From positions 631-64,630 of the forward strand of contig CAZIHS010000003.1 in the NCBI GenBank assembly GCA_964538765.1: DNA of 64,000 bases. The letters are read 5' to 3'. The DNA is from an uncultured Gammaproteobacteria bacterium (GTDB lineage: Bacteria; Patescibacteriota; Microgenomatia; UBA12405). The position numbers and the translations under genes were made by a program. The notes under the pieces were generated by a model. That model had not been told where the DNA came from. It was given only the letters and a program-made list of their open reading frames with translations, and ran no database searches. Positions 27,129 through 36,876 of the stretch are shown here, one piece after another (the first letter of the stretch is position 1; each line of letters opens with the position of its first letter).

Positions 27129-28343
27129 TCATAACGATGATGTCAAGTTGTAGATTGGCATAATTATTGCCACCACCAGAAACCCCACCCCAATTCCAAG
27201 CACAATCATAATTAGCGGTTCAATTGCCGAAGTCAAAGCTTTCACCGACTGTTCTGCCTCAACTGCAAAATAATTAGCTACCTTTAAAAGCACCTCATCC
27301 AGCTTTCCGGTTGCCTCGCCGGTTTGAACCATTTGGTTAACAATCACCGGAAACACCGCCGCTTCTTCAAACGAATTAGCTACGCTGAAACCCTTTTGAA
27401 CCCTTTCCGAAATTCTGATAAACGCCTGGGCATAAACCTCGTTGTCTGCCACCCCCGACACAATCCTCAAGGTGTCGACCAGCGGTATTCCGGCCGCCAA
27501 AAGCATCGACATTGTTCTGATAGTATTTGTCAAAATTGTCTTGTCGGTCAGCGGACCCAAAATCGGCACCTTTAATAAATACTCGTCCCTTTTTAACCTG
27601 AATCTCTGGTTATTATTTCCTATTTTCAAAGCCATCCACCCCCCCGCTGCCAAAACCGGCAGCATAAACCACCACCTCGACACCACGTCTGAAATCTTCA
27701 TCAATGCCAATGTCGTCGCCGGCAATTTGGACGTTCCAAAGTCTTTATACAAAGCCAACAATTTTGGCACCACAAACGCCATCATCACCACCGCCACAAT
27801 CACCATCCCCACCACCACAATCACCGGGTAAATCATCGCCCCCTTAACTTTACCCCTAAATTCAGAATCTTTCTCCAGGTTATCGGCCAACTTGTTAAAC
27901 ACCTCTTCCAATACCCCTCCTTCTTCACCGGCCTTCACCGAAGCCACAAACGCCTGACCAAAAACTTTCTCATATTTGGCCAACGCTTCCCCAAGCGGTT
28001 TCCCCCCCCTAACCGCGTTTAAACAATGGTCGAGTATTTCAAAAAGTTGGCTGTTACCTCCCGCCTGGTTTTTTAAAAGAGTTAAAGCATCGGTCAGCAC
28101 CAGTCCCGCCGTCAGCATTGTTGACAACTGTCTGGTTAACCCCGCCACCTGTTTCAACCCCACCCTTCCGGTCACATTTTTAAGTATTTCACCGGCCAAA
28201 GTTTTCCTCTCCAGATCCACCGCCAGCGGCACCAGCCCGCTGCTTTTAATAGATCCCACCACTTCTTTCACCGACCCCATATCCAACACCCCCTTAACCA
28301 CCTTACCGTTCCAGTTTTTCGCCCTAAATTGATATCGGCTCAT
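27129..28343 (-). CDS. pilC: type IV pilus inner-membrane platform protein PilC (GspF family)
   Basis: Two GspF-like repeats and 3 TM segments. Position between pilT and the pilin gene. Confidence 0.85.
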   Translation of the reverse strand: MSRYQFRAKNWNGKVVKGVLDMGSVKEVVGSIKSSGLVPLAVDLERKTLAGEILKNVTGRVGLKQVAGLTRQLSTMLTAGLVLTDALTLLKNQAGGNSQLFEILDHCLNAVRGGKPLGEALAKYEKVFGQAFVASVKAGEEGGVLEEVFNKLADNLEKDSEFRGKVKGAMIYPVIVVVGMVIVAVVMMAFVVPKLLALYKDFGTSKLPATTLALMKISDVVSRWWFMLPVLAAGGWMALKIGNNNQRFRLKRDEYLLKVPILGPLTDKTILTNTIRTMSMLLAAGIPLVDTLRIVSGVADNEVYAQAFIRISERVQKGFSVANSFEEAAVFPVIVNQMVQTGEATGKLDEVLLKVANYFAVEAEQSVKALTSAIEPLIMIVLGIGVGFLVVAIIMPIYNLTSSL

Positions 28344-28349
28344 GTTTTC

Positions 28350-29429
28350 CTATGTTTTATCGCTCCATTTTGTCCGTCTCAAACTTGATTGTAATTCCGA
28401 CGGTCTTAGAGCATAACTCATTGCCACTTCTTCACTGATTACCCCCGTCTTAACCAGCCTTGCCAAAGACATCTCCAGGCTTAGCATACCCAAATCAATC
28501 CCGGTTTGAATAACATTGTCAATCATAAATGTTTTGCCCTCACGAATTATGTTTCTCACTGCCGGCGTCACTATCAACAACTCAACCGCCGGCACCCTTT
28601 TGCCTTCTTTTGTCGGCACCAGTCTTTGTGACAAAATCGCCGTTAACACATCAGCCAGCTGAACCCTGATTTGCTGTTTTCCACCCTCGGGAAAAACATC
28701 AACAATCCGGTCGACCGTTTGAGAAGCGCTGTTGGTGTGGAGTGTAGAAAACACTAAATGCCCCGTTTCAGAAATCGTAATTGCGGCCGAAATTGTATCC
28801 AAATCTCTCATCTCTCCCACAAACACAACATTTGGATCCTGCCTCAAACACGATCTTAGGGCCATCGAAAACGAATTGGTATCTTCTCCCAGCTCCCTTT
28901 GACTAACCGCCGACCTTGCCGGTTTTATCACATACTCAATCGGATCCTCAACCGTCACGATATGACTCGACTGGTTCTTATTAATTTTATTCAAAAGCGA
29001 AGCCACCGTCGTTGATTTTCCGTGTCCAGTTGGACCGGTCACCAAAATAAACCCCTGCTTGTTAGTGGCCAGCTGGGACATTATTTCGGGCAGACCCAAG
29101 GTTTCGAAATCGGGAATATCCATCGTCACCACCCTCAAAGCCATGGCCAACCGACCCGATTGCATATAACAATTAACCCTGAAACGGCCGTTTTCCACCG
29201 CTAATGAAAAATCAATCTCTTTGTTTTTGGCCAACAGTGCTTTCTGCCCGTCTGTCAAAACTGATACAATCATCTCTTCCATTTCCTCCACCCTGATTTT
29301 TTCAAACCCCGCCACCTCGACCAACTCGCCATTAACCCTTAATTTAGGGGTATTATTCGAATACAAATGAAGATCCGAAGCTTTGTTGTCGATTGCTAAA
29401 GTCAGCAAACTTTTTATTTTAGTGTTCAT
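28350..29429 (-). CDS. pilT: twitching-motility retraction ATPase PilT
   Basis: 359 aa. GPTGHGKSTT Walker A, Asp box, His box. About PilT size. Confidence 0.85.
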   Translation of the reverse strand: MNTKIKSLLTLAIDNKASDLHLYSNNTPKLRVNGELVEVAGFEKIRVEEMEEMIVSVLTDGQKALLAKNKEIDFSLAVENGRFRVNCYMQSGRLAMALRVVTMDIPDFETLGLPEIMSQLATNKQGFILVTGPTGHGKSTTVASLLNKINKNQSSHIVTVEDPIEYVIKPARSAVSQRELGEDTNSFSMALRSCLRQDPNVVFVGEMRDLDTISAAITISETGHLVFSTLHTNSASQTVDRIVDVFPEGGKQQIRVQLADVLTAILSQRLVPTKEGKRVPAVELLIVTPAVRNIIREGKTFMIDNVIQTGIDLGMLSLEMSLARLVKTGVISEEVAMSYALRPSELQSSLRRTKWSDKT

Positions 29430-29435
29430 ATTATA

Positions 29436-31175
29436 TTAATACTGGGCCACCCTCAAAACTTCCTCGATGGTGGTAACCCCTTCTAAAACCTTAACATAAC
29501 CATCCTGTTTCATTGTTAACATTCCCTCATTCATCGCTTCCTTTTGTAAATCCGAGGCCGACACCTTCTCAACAATCAGCTTGCTCATCCTTTCAGAAAT
29601 TGGCATCACTTCATATATAGCTATCCTTCCATAATACCCGCCATTACATTTATCACACCCCACCTGTTTTACTATCTTTAAAGGCTTTCCCTCCTTTTTC
29701 CACTTGTCCTCAATCAAATCAAATATCGGCCCCAAAGTGTTTTTAAAATCTGTCAGCACATTTTCCGGAATATCTATCAGCACACCGCAATCCTTGCAAA
29801 CTTTTCTCAAAACTCTCTGACCCACCACACAATTCAGGGATGATACCAGCAAAAATGGCTCGACTCCCATATCCAAAAGCCGCGGCGGCACACCCGAAGC
29901 ATCGTTGGTGTGAAGCGTGGAAAAAACCAAATGGCCGGTTAGAGCCGCATTAATCGCCAGCTCGGCTGTTTCCGTATCCCGAATTTCCCCAACCATAATC
30001 ACATTTGGATCCTGTCTCAAAAAAGACCTTAAAGCCGAAGCAAAAGTCAATCCAGCCTGGGGATTAACCTGAACCTGGTTTACCCCTTTCATCTGATATT
30101 CCACCGGATCTTCTATTGTCACCACATTCACTCGGCTGGTGGCTACCTTATCCAAAACTGAATACAAAGTTGTTGTCTTTCCGCTTCCGGTTGGTCCACA
30201 GACAATAATGATTCCATGCGGTCTTTCAATGGCCGTCATCAAATTCTTCAGCGCCAAGCCTCTCAAACCCAACTCAACCAAAGTGGGTACCTTTTGTGAT
30301 TTTTTTAAAAGCCTCATCACCACTTTTTCTCCATAGGTTGTGGGTAAAGACGAAACCCTCAAATCAACGTCGTTTCCCTCGCTGGAGTAAAAAAAACGTC
30401 CATCCTGGGGCACCCTTTTTTCGTCAATTTTCAAATTAGACAAAATTTTAATTCTCGACACCACCGCCTCACTCACCGACCGGGGCAATATATATTTCTC
30501 TTGCAAAATACCGTCTATCCTATACCTTATCCTCACGTTTTCTTCCTGCGGTTCAATGTGAACGTCCGAAGCCCGGGCCTTAACCGCAAACTCAAGAATT
30601 GTATCGACTATTTTTGCCACCGGGGCTTCGGCCGAAACACTTTTGGCCTTCAGTTCGACCTCCGCCATTTCATCCTCTTTTCTCTCATTCAAGGCCTTTC
30701 CCACCTCGGAAGTAATCCCTTTTTCCCGCTGGTACTTTTCATTTATAAACCCCTTAATCTGTTTCTCGGTAGATATGGCAGTCTTAACTCTCATCCCCGA
30801 CTTTTTTTCCAAAAATTCAACCGTTTCCAAATCCAGCGGATTTACCATCGACACCCACAATATTTTCTCCTTGGCGTCCAGGTTATATGGCGCCACTAAA
30901 TATTTCTGGGCCACCACCTCGGGAACCAGCGCCAGCGCCTCGGGCGAAAAACCAATGTCGTTCAAATCAACATAGGGGACCCTCAAAAATTCCGCTTTAA
31001 CCTTAATAAACTCCACCTCATCCAAAAGCCTCATCGACCTGACAACATCTTCCTCCGATTCACCCGTTTTTATTTGCCTCAAACTTATTTCGTCTGCCTT
31101 CACTTTATCAACCAGCCCCCGGTCCAGCATCACCTCCAAAAACGATTTATACACTTTTCCGCCCAAATCATTCAT
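29436..31175 (-). CDS. pilB: type IV pilus assembly ATPase PilB (GspE family)
   Basis: N-terminal GSPII domain, CGPTGSGKTTTLYS Walker A, tetracysteine CDKCNGGYYGR motif. Confidence 0.9.
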   Translation of the reverse strand: MNDLGGKVYKSFLEVMLDRGLVDKVKADEISLRQIKTGESEEDVVRSMRLLDEVEFIKVKAEFLRVPYVDLNDIGFSPEALALVPEVVAQKYLVAPYNLDAKEKILWVSMVNPLDLETVEFLEKKSGMRVKTAISTEKQIKGFINEKYQREKGITSEVGKALNERKEDEMAEVELKAKSVSAEAPVAKIVDTILEFAVKARASDVHIEPQEENVRIRYRIDGILQEKYILPRSVSEAVVSRIKILSNLKIDEKRVPQDGRFFYSSEGNDVDLRVSSLPTTYGEKVVMRLLKKSQKVPTLVELGLRGLALKNLMTAIERPHGIIIVCGPTGSGKTTTLYSVLDKVATSRVNVVTIEDPVEYQMKGVNQVQVNPQAGLTFASALRSFLRQDPNVIMVGEIRDTETAELAINAALTGHLVFSTLHTNDASGVPPRLLDMGVEPFLLVSSLNCVVGQRVLRKVCKDCGVLIDIPENVLTDFKNTLGPIFDLIEDKWKKEGKPLKIVKQVGCDKCNGGYYGRIAIYEVMPISERMSKLIVEKVSASDLQKEAMNEGMLTMKQDGYVKVLEGVTTIEEVLRVAQY

Positions 31176-31211
31176 AATTAAATACTAACGATTATTTGGT
31201 CATCTGACAAT

Positions 31212-31850
31212 ATGACAACCCCCGCTTTCCCTTCAACCATCTTTCAAATTAACAATCAAACTGTTGACCTCAGCTCCCTTCTTTCTCCTTTTGGCCACCA
31301 GCCCGTAAACAACCCCGATCTTTTTACAATCAGCAACCAAACCGGCCACTCCATCGACACCGTCCGTCAAATGATCAATTTTTTAAGCCTTAAGCCCTAT
31401 CAGCACAGTTTTAAAATCGGGCTCATAATTGAGCCTGAAAAATTAACTCTTGAGGCTCAAAACGCCCTTCTAAAAACCCTTGAAGAACCCGGCGACCACA
31501 ATTATATTTTTATTCTCACCAGCCAACCCAACCGTCTGCTTCCAACTATAATTTCCAGGTGCCATTTTGAAAACATCTCCACTTCCCACCCCCCCGTTGA
31601 CCAAAATTCTCTCCTCGTTCCCCAAAAAACAATTGGCGAAAATCTGCTCCTTTCTTCCAAACTTCCCTCCACAAAAGAAACCGCGCTTTTATTTTTAAAA
31701 AACCAGCAACGCTACCTCCATCAACAGCTTTTAAATCACCCAAACCTCCAAATTCTTCAACAGCTGGAAAAGTCGATTAAGGCCGTTTTGATGATTGAAG
31801 CCAATGTCGCCCCCACCTCGGCCTTTGACTACTATCTCCTTTCCAGCTAA
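31212..31850 (+). CDS. holB: DNA polymerase III delta' subunit (short)
   Basis: AQNALLKTLEEP and TIISRC (SRC) motifs of clamp-loader delta'. Only 212 aa. Confidence 0.7.
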   Translation: MTTPAFPSTIFQINNQTVDLSSLLSPFGHQPVNNPDLFTISNQTGHSIDTVRQMINFLSLKPYQHSFKIGLIIEPEKLTLEAQNALLKTLEEPGDHNYIFILTSQPNRLLPTIISRCHFENISTSHPPVDQNSLLVPQKTIGENLLLSSKLPSTKETALLFLKNQQRYLHQQLLNHPNLQILQQLEKSIKAVLMIEANVAPTSAFDYYLLSS

Positions 31851-31902
31851 TCTCCGCACTTTCCCCTTAGACAAAGTCAAAAAATGATATAATCTAGCCA
31901 AC

Positions 31903-33033
31903 GTGTTTTCACCCATATTTGCCATCAATAACCAAATAGTTAAAAACATCTCCCTCATCGAGGCGGCCAGAGCCATCATCGATGAAGCCCCGCTCATTCC
32001 CGCCTACGAAAAACAATTTCAGCAGGACGCCGTAGTTCGAACCGTCCACTATGGCACCAGAATTGAAGGCAACGACCTCACCTTTCAGGAGGTCGCCAAG
32101 TTAGTTGAAGGTAAACAAATCACCGCCACCGACCGCAATATCCAGGAAGTCATCAACTACCGCAACGTTATTGCCTATCTTGAAGAGCTATGGGCGCTGT
32201 ACGACGCCAACATGCCCCTGCCGGAACAAAAGCAAATACCCCCGGAAAACGACACTCCCCGGCCGTTTTTTTACAGCGAAACTATCATTAAAAAAATTCA
32301 CCACCTCACCACCGATAAAATCATTCCCGACAGCGAGCTGGGTAAATACCGCCACCAGCAGGTAGTTTTAAAAAACACCAAAACCGGCGAAATCGCCCAC
32401 CGGCCTCCTCCGGCAATCGAAGTCCCGTATTTAATTACCGACTTTATCGACTGGCTCAATTCAGAAAAATCACGTGACATTCATGCCGCCATCAACTCGG
32501 CCATCAGCCAGTATATTTTAGTCGCCATTCATCCGTTTATTGAAGGTAACGGCCGGGTTTCACGGGCTTTTGCCATGATCCCGCTTTACGCCCAGGGCTA
32601 CGATATTCGCCGCCTTTTTTCCACCGAGGAGTATTTCGACCGAAACGCCGAAGACTATTACAACACTATTCAAGCTACCCACGAGTTGGCCACCGACATT
32701 TTCAAACGCGACCTGACCCGCTGGATCGAATATTTTACTCAGGCTCTCGCCATCGAGCTCACCCGGGTCAAAGAAAAAGTTCAAAATCTTTCCCGGGATC
32801 TTAAGTTCAAAAAAAAGCTCGGCGGAAAACAAATCCAGCTAAACGACCGTCAGGTAAAGCTGGTCGAATACATGCAACAGTTTGGCGGTCTGCGCATGCC
32901 CGACGCCCAACAGCTTTTGCCCATGGTTTCAGACGACACCATTTGGCGCGACCTTAAAAAATTGATTGACGCCGGTGCAGTCGACAAGCACGGTTCCACC
33001 AAAGGGGCCTACTATAATCTGGCCGAAGTCTAA
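31903..33033 (+). CDS. Fic-family protein (putative AMPylator) with C-terminal wHTH-like region
   Basis: Fic motif HPFIEGNGRVSRAF. N-terminal ..TRIEGN.. resembling an inhibitory-helix motif. GTG start. TGATATAAT extended -10 9 nt upstream. Confidence 0.85.
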   Translation: MFSPIFAINNQIVKNISLIEAARAIIDEAPLIPAYEKQFQQDAVVRTVHYGTRIEGNDLTFQEVAKLVEGKQITATDRNIQEVINYRNVIAYLEELWALYDANMPLPEQKQIPPENDTPRPFFYSETIIKKIHHLTTDKIIPDSELGKYRHQQVVLKNTKTGEIAHRPPPAIEVPYLITDFIDWLNSEKSRDIHAAINSAISQYILVAIHPFIEGNGRVSRAFAMIPLYAQGYDIRRLFSTEEYFDRNAEDYYNTIQATHELATDIFKRDLTRWIEYFTQALAIELTRVKEKVQNLSRDLKFKKKLGGKQIQLNDRQVKLVEYMQQFGGLRMPDAQQLLPMVSDDTIWRDLKKLIDAGAVDKHGSTKGAYYNLAEV

Positions 33034-33091
33034 ACACACCCGCCATCCTTTTTCGTTTTTCAACCACACCTCTGTATAGTTATAATTGCCT

Positions 33092-35095
33092 ATGTTAACC
33101 CTCGACCAAATCAAGCCGGAAAATCTGAAACCCCAAGAACTCGGTGAAATTCTAATCGAAGCCAAAAAAGCTTATTACACCACCGGAAAGCCGATCATGG
33201 ATGATCACACCTACGACACTCTCGAAAACATTCTTCGTCAAAAAAATCCCCACCACCGTCTTTTCTCTAAAGTCGGCACCCCAAATTTTGAAACCGGTTT
33301 TGAAAAAAAAACCCACCATCACCCAATGTACTCCCAAAACAAGGTCAGCAATTTCACCGACCTGGTCCATTACTTTGAACTTAAACAGACTGCCGGAAAA
33401 TTCAACCTAAACGAGCTTTCTTTTCTGGCCCAGCCGAAATGCGACGGCTTATCACTAGAAATCACCTACCTTCAAGGAAAACTGGTTGACGCCATCACCC
33501 GTGGCGACGGGCAAACGGGCGACCTTGTCACTCAAAACGTTGTTCAAATGCAAAATTTCAAAGCCCTGCTGCCGGCTCCTTTCAGCGGTTCAATCCGTTG
33601 TGAAATTGTTGTCACCAAGAAAGATTTTGAGATGTTAAACACGCTGGTCGGCCAGGATAAAACATCACTTTCCTCAAGTAATTCCAATCAAATCACATTT
33701 TATAGCAACCCCCGAAACGCCGCCTCGGGCATCACTCAACGGCTAGACGGCAAATACAGCCATCTCTGCACTCTTGTTCCGGTTGATCTGGTTGAAAACA
33801 ACCAAAATATTGAAAACGAAATTGACAAAATTAAAAAAATCGAATCGCTTGGTTTAATTCCTGTCGAAACCCATCTTTGCACCAATTTTGATCAAATTGA
33901 AGAACTGTACAACAAATTCCTCTCTACCAGCCGTCAAACCTATCTCTTCGACATCGACGGGTTGGTCATTAAAATTAACCAACTCCGTTTTGCCGCCCTT
34001 CTTGGCACCAATAACAACCGCCCAAAATACCAGGTGGCCTACAAATTTCCAGCCGATACCAACCAAACCACCATTTTATCGGTAGATTGGCAAGTTGGCC
34101 CAATGGGCACCATCACCCCCGTCGCCAACATTGAACCCATTCAGGTTTCCGGCGCCATCATCACCTTCGCCTCCCTGGCCAACCACCATCTTATCAAAGA
34201 AAAAAACATCCAGATCGGCGACATCGTCAAAGTCAGCCGCCGCGGTGATGTTATTCCCCACATTGACAGCGTAATTACTAAAGTAAACAGTGGTTTTGTT
34301 GCGCCTCCCGCCAACTGCCCTTCTTGCCAAACAAAGCTGATTCAACAAAATAAGTTTCTCATTTGTCCCAATTCCTCTTCCTGCCAGGAACAAATAATTG
34401 GCGGCCTCAGACTTTTTTGTGACAGTCTTGATATCAAAGGCCTTTCCTTTCAAACAATAAAAAAACTCTATCAGGCCGGTCTGATCAAAACCCCGGGCGA
34501 TTTCTATCACCTCACCGTCCACGATATCGCGCCGCTCGAAAACCTTGGCCCCAAATCGGCCGCTAACATCGTCCATCAAATTCAACAAAAAAGAAATCTC
34601 AGCCTTAAAGAGCTATACAGCTCGGCAATCATTCCTCATTTCAGCCGGGCCAGAATTCAGCAGGTTATTCAGGCCGGTTTCGATACCCCGGAAAAAATCC
34701 AAAATTTAACGGTTGACCAGCTTGTCCCACTAAAAGGCTTCCAGCCGGTCCTGGCTGGAAAAATCATCAACGGCCTGGCCCTGCGCCGTTCCTGGATCAA
34801 ATCCATCACCGAAAACTGCACCCTGTCTTCCGAAAAATCAACCCGTCACGCTCCTCTGGCATCATTAAACTTTGTCATTACCGGCCAACTTTCCCAACCC
34901 CGCTCAAAATATCAGCAAAAAATTGAATCCCTTGGCGGCAAACTTTGCTCTGGCGTCACCAAAAACACCTCCTACCTCATCACCTCCAAAAAAGACACTC
35001 AAGGTACCAAGTATGCCACCGCCCTCAAACTTGGGGTTAAAATCATAACCGAGGAAGAATTTATCAGGCTTTGCCAACCACCTTCCTCACCCTAA
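33092..35095 (+). CDS. ligA: NAD-dependent DNA ligase
   Basis: KCDGLSL adenylation motif (KxDG), OB fold, Zn finger C..C...C..C, HhH, C-terminal BRCT. ATG at 33092 (the listed TTG at 33086 is a possible alternative). TATAAT at 33081-33086. Confidence 0.9.
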   Translation: MLTLDQIKPENLKPQELGEILIEAKKAYYTTGKPIMDDHTYDTLENILRQKNPHHRLFSKVGTPNFETGFEKKTHHHPMYSQNKVSNFTDLVHYFELKQTAGKFNLNELSFLAQPKCDGLSLEITYLQGKLVDAITRGDGQTGDLVTQNVVQMQNFKALLPAPFSGSIRCEIVVTKKDFEMLNTLVGQDKTSLSSSNSNQITFYSNPRNAASGITQRLDGKYSHLCTLVPVDLVENNQNIENEIDKIKKIESLGLIPVETHLCTNFDQIEELYNKFLSTSRQTYLFDIDGLVIKINQLRFAALLGTNNNRPKYQVAYKFPADTNQTTILSVDWQVGPMGTITPVANIEPIQVSGAIITFASLANHHLIKEKNIQIGDIVKVSRRGDVIPHIDSVITKVNSGFVAPPANCPSCQTKLIQQNKFLICPNSSSCQEQIIGGLRLFCDSLDIKGLSFQTIKKLYQAGLIKTPGDFYHLTVHDIAPLENLGPKSAANIVHQIQQKRNLSLKELYSSAIIPHFSRARIQQVIQAGFDTPEKIQNLTVDQLVPLKGFQPVLAGKIINGLALRRSWIKSITENCTLSSEKSTRHAPLASLNFVITGQLSQPRSKYQQKIESLGGKLCSGVTKNTSYLITSKKDTQGTKYATALKLGVKIITEEEFIRLCQPPSSP

Positions 35096-35111
35096 TTATT
35101 CATGCCATAAA

Positions 35112-35549
35112 TTGATCTACTCTTCCCCCCGCCAAACCGCCACACTGCTTTCCGCCAAAATAAAAAATGAAGTGGACCAGTTAAACCCAAAAGCCACGCT
35201 TGGCATCCTCAACCAGGAGCCCGGTAACATCGCCTACTGCCAGCTTATTGCCTCCAACCTAAAAATTCCGCTAACCTACCTTCCAAACCTTTTTAAAAAT
35301 CAACCTTCAAACCCTCAGCCTCTTCTTTTTATTTTAGTCGACGACGGCAACACCAATTCGGTTGAATACAACGAATTCACCGACAAAATAAGATCCCTTT
35401 ATCAGCTTGCCAAAATTATCATCGCCATTCCCGTTATTCCTTCTTCCGAAACCCAGGCCCTGGAAGCAAGCTGTGACACCTTAATCTACCTCCACGCCGA
35501 TCCATATTATTTTTCAGTTAATCAGTTTTATCAAAACCCATCGCTGTGA
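35112..35549 (+). CDS. hypothetical protein (weak PRTase-like LLFILVDDG segment)
   Basis: ORF only. ATGA overlap with pth. Confidence 0.45.
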   Translation: MIYSSPRQTATLLSAKIKNEVDQLNPKATLGILNQEPGNIAYCQLIASNLKIPLTYLPNLFKNQPSNPQPLLFILVDDGNTNSVEYNEFTDKIRSLYQLAKIIIAIPVIPSSETQALEASCDTLIYLHADPYYFSVNQFYQNPSL

Positions 35550-36103
35550 AACCGGCTCTATTTGTTGGTCTTGGCAATCCTGGTAAAAAATACCAAAAAA
35601 CTCGCCACAATATTGGCCAATTTATCATCGAGAAATACGTTGCCGCCAGCCACCAATCTTCGTTTAGATCTCAAAAATCGCTTCAGGCCAACATCTTTCA
35701 AAAAGACCACCTGATTTTTGCCACTCCCACTGTTTTCATGAACGAGTCGGGTATCAGCGTTTCCGCTTTGGCCAACTATTACAAAATTTTACCCGCCCGC
35801 CTCTATGTCATCCATGACGATCTGGATATCGGGGTAGGGGAGTATCGGCTCCAATTTAACCGCGGTCCGGCTGGCCACCACGGAGTTGAATCAATCATTC
35901 AACACCTTGGCACCCAACAATTTCACCGTCTCCGCCTTGGCATCGGCCACCCCTCCTCGCCAGTTCCGGTGGAAAACTATGTTCTTCAACCGCTTCTGGC
36001 CCCAACCTCAACCAATCTTGAAAACACCTTAAATAAAACCACCCTGGATCAATTTGCTGATAAAATAATTCGGCAAATAGACCAAATAATTTCGGGCCTG
36101 TAG
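35546..36103 (+). CDS. pth: peptidyl-tRNA hydrolase
   Basis: FVGLGNPGKKYQKTRHNIGQ signature. Confidence 0.9.
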   Translation: MKPALFVGLGNPGKKYQKTRHNIGQFIIEKYVAASHQSSFRSQKSLQANIFQKDHLIFATPTVFMNESGISVSALANYYKILPARLYVIHDDLDIGVGEYRLQFNRGPAGHHGVESIIQHLGTQQFHRLRLGIGHPSSPVPVENYVLQPLLAPTSTNLENTLNKTTLDQFADKIIRQIDQIISGL

Positions 36104-36164
36104 TTAAACGGTATAACGTACCCTTCGCATGGGTATATTAGGGGTCCAATTCCCCTCAGGTCCA
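36094..36164 (+). tRNA. tRNA-Ala (anticodon CGC), CCA not encoded, overlaps last 10 nt of pth
   Basis: Manual cloverleaf: acceptor gggcctg/caggtcc with G3:U70; D arm gtta-aacggta-taac; anticodon arm taccc-ttCGCat-gggta; 4-nt variable loop; T arm agggg-tccaatt-cccct; discriminator A73. Confidence 0.75.
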
Positions 36165-36171
36165 CTTTACC

Positions 36172-36231
36172 TCGCCTTAGTGAAACGAAGGCGGGTAAAC
36201 TATTCGCCGTAGTGAAACGAAGGCGGGTTTT
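36172..36231 (+). repeat. two tandem copies of a 24-nt hairpin-forming repeat (cgccKtagtgaaacgaaggcggg); second copy is followed by a U-tract (terminator-like)
   Basis: Copies at 36172-36195 and 36204-36227 with 1 mismatch. Each forms a GC stem around an agtgaaacg loop. ggtttt follows the second copy. Confidence 0.6.
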
Positions 36232-36243
36232 GCTAAACTTTTT

Positions 36244-36522
36244 TTGATGTACTACGTTTACTATTTAAAGTGTAGTGACAATAAAACCTATTTAGGATGC
36301 ACCAATAATTTGAAAGATAGGTTAAAACGCCATCAGTTAGGCTACGTTCCAATAACCCGGAATCGTCGTCCGGTTAATCTACTATGCTATTTTGCCCTAG
36401 AAAACAAACACTCTGCGTTTGAGTTTGAGCAATACCTTAAAACCGCCTCTGGTCGATCTTTTATCAAGCGCCACCACCTCATTTACCCCCAATCAAATAT
36501 TGTCGTCCAAAAAACTCTTTAA
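36244..36522 (+). CDS. small GIY-YIG nuclease-family protein
   Basis: YYVYYLKCSDNKTYLGCTNNLKDRLKRH matches the GIY-YIG motif. AT-rich codons. Confidence 0.7.
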   Translation: MMYYVYYLKCSDNKTYLGCTNNLKDRLKRHQLGYVPITRNRRPVNLLCYFALENKHSAFEFEQYLKTASGRSFIKRHHLIYPQSNIVVQKTL

Positions 36523-36876
36523 AGCACTTAAGTCTTTCTTTTTAGAATCGTAATAATACGAATTTATTCCAACAGATTGGGCACTATTCACTGCATCTTT
36601 TATATGATCAAAATATACCACATCAGAAACTGTCAGCCGACATTTTTCCAATAGTTTCGTAAAATACTTTGGATTATTTTTGTCAGGATCATGTTTTAAA
36701 CTAAAAACTTCATAAGGTAAGTCCACCAATCCTGAATTAACCATTTCCTCCTCGTTGGCATTCGACAACAAAATTTTTTTGTTTGGATATTTTTCCAACA
36801 ACTCATACATTGGCAGGTTTATCCCAACCCCCTTAATCACAAAAACATGTGTTGCATCAACCAATATTGTCTTCAT
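36493..36876 (-). CDS. HAD-superfamily hydrolase-like protein (127 aa)
   Basis: ILVDATHVF (degenerate motif I), LLSNA (motif II), VVYFDHIKDAVNSAQSVGI (motif IV-like). Low GC. Confidence 0.45.
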   Translation of the reverse strand: MKTILVDATHVFVIKGVGINLPMYELLEKYPNKKILLSNANEEEMVNSGLVDLPYEVFSLKHDPDKNNPKYFTKLLEKCRLTVSDVVYFDHIKDAVNSAQSVGINSYYYDSKKKDLSALKSFLDDNI

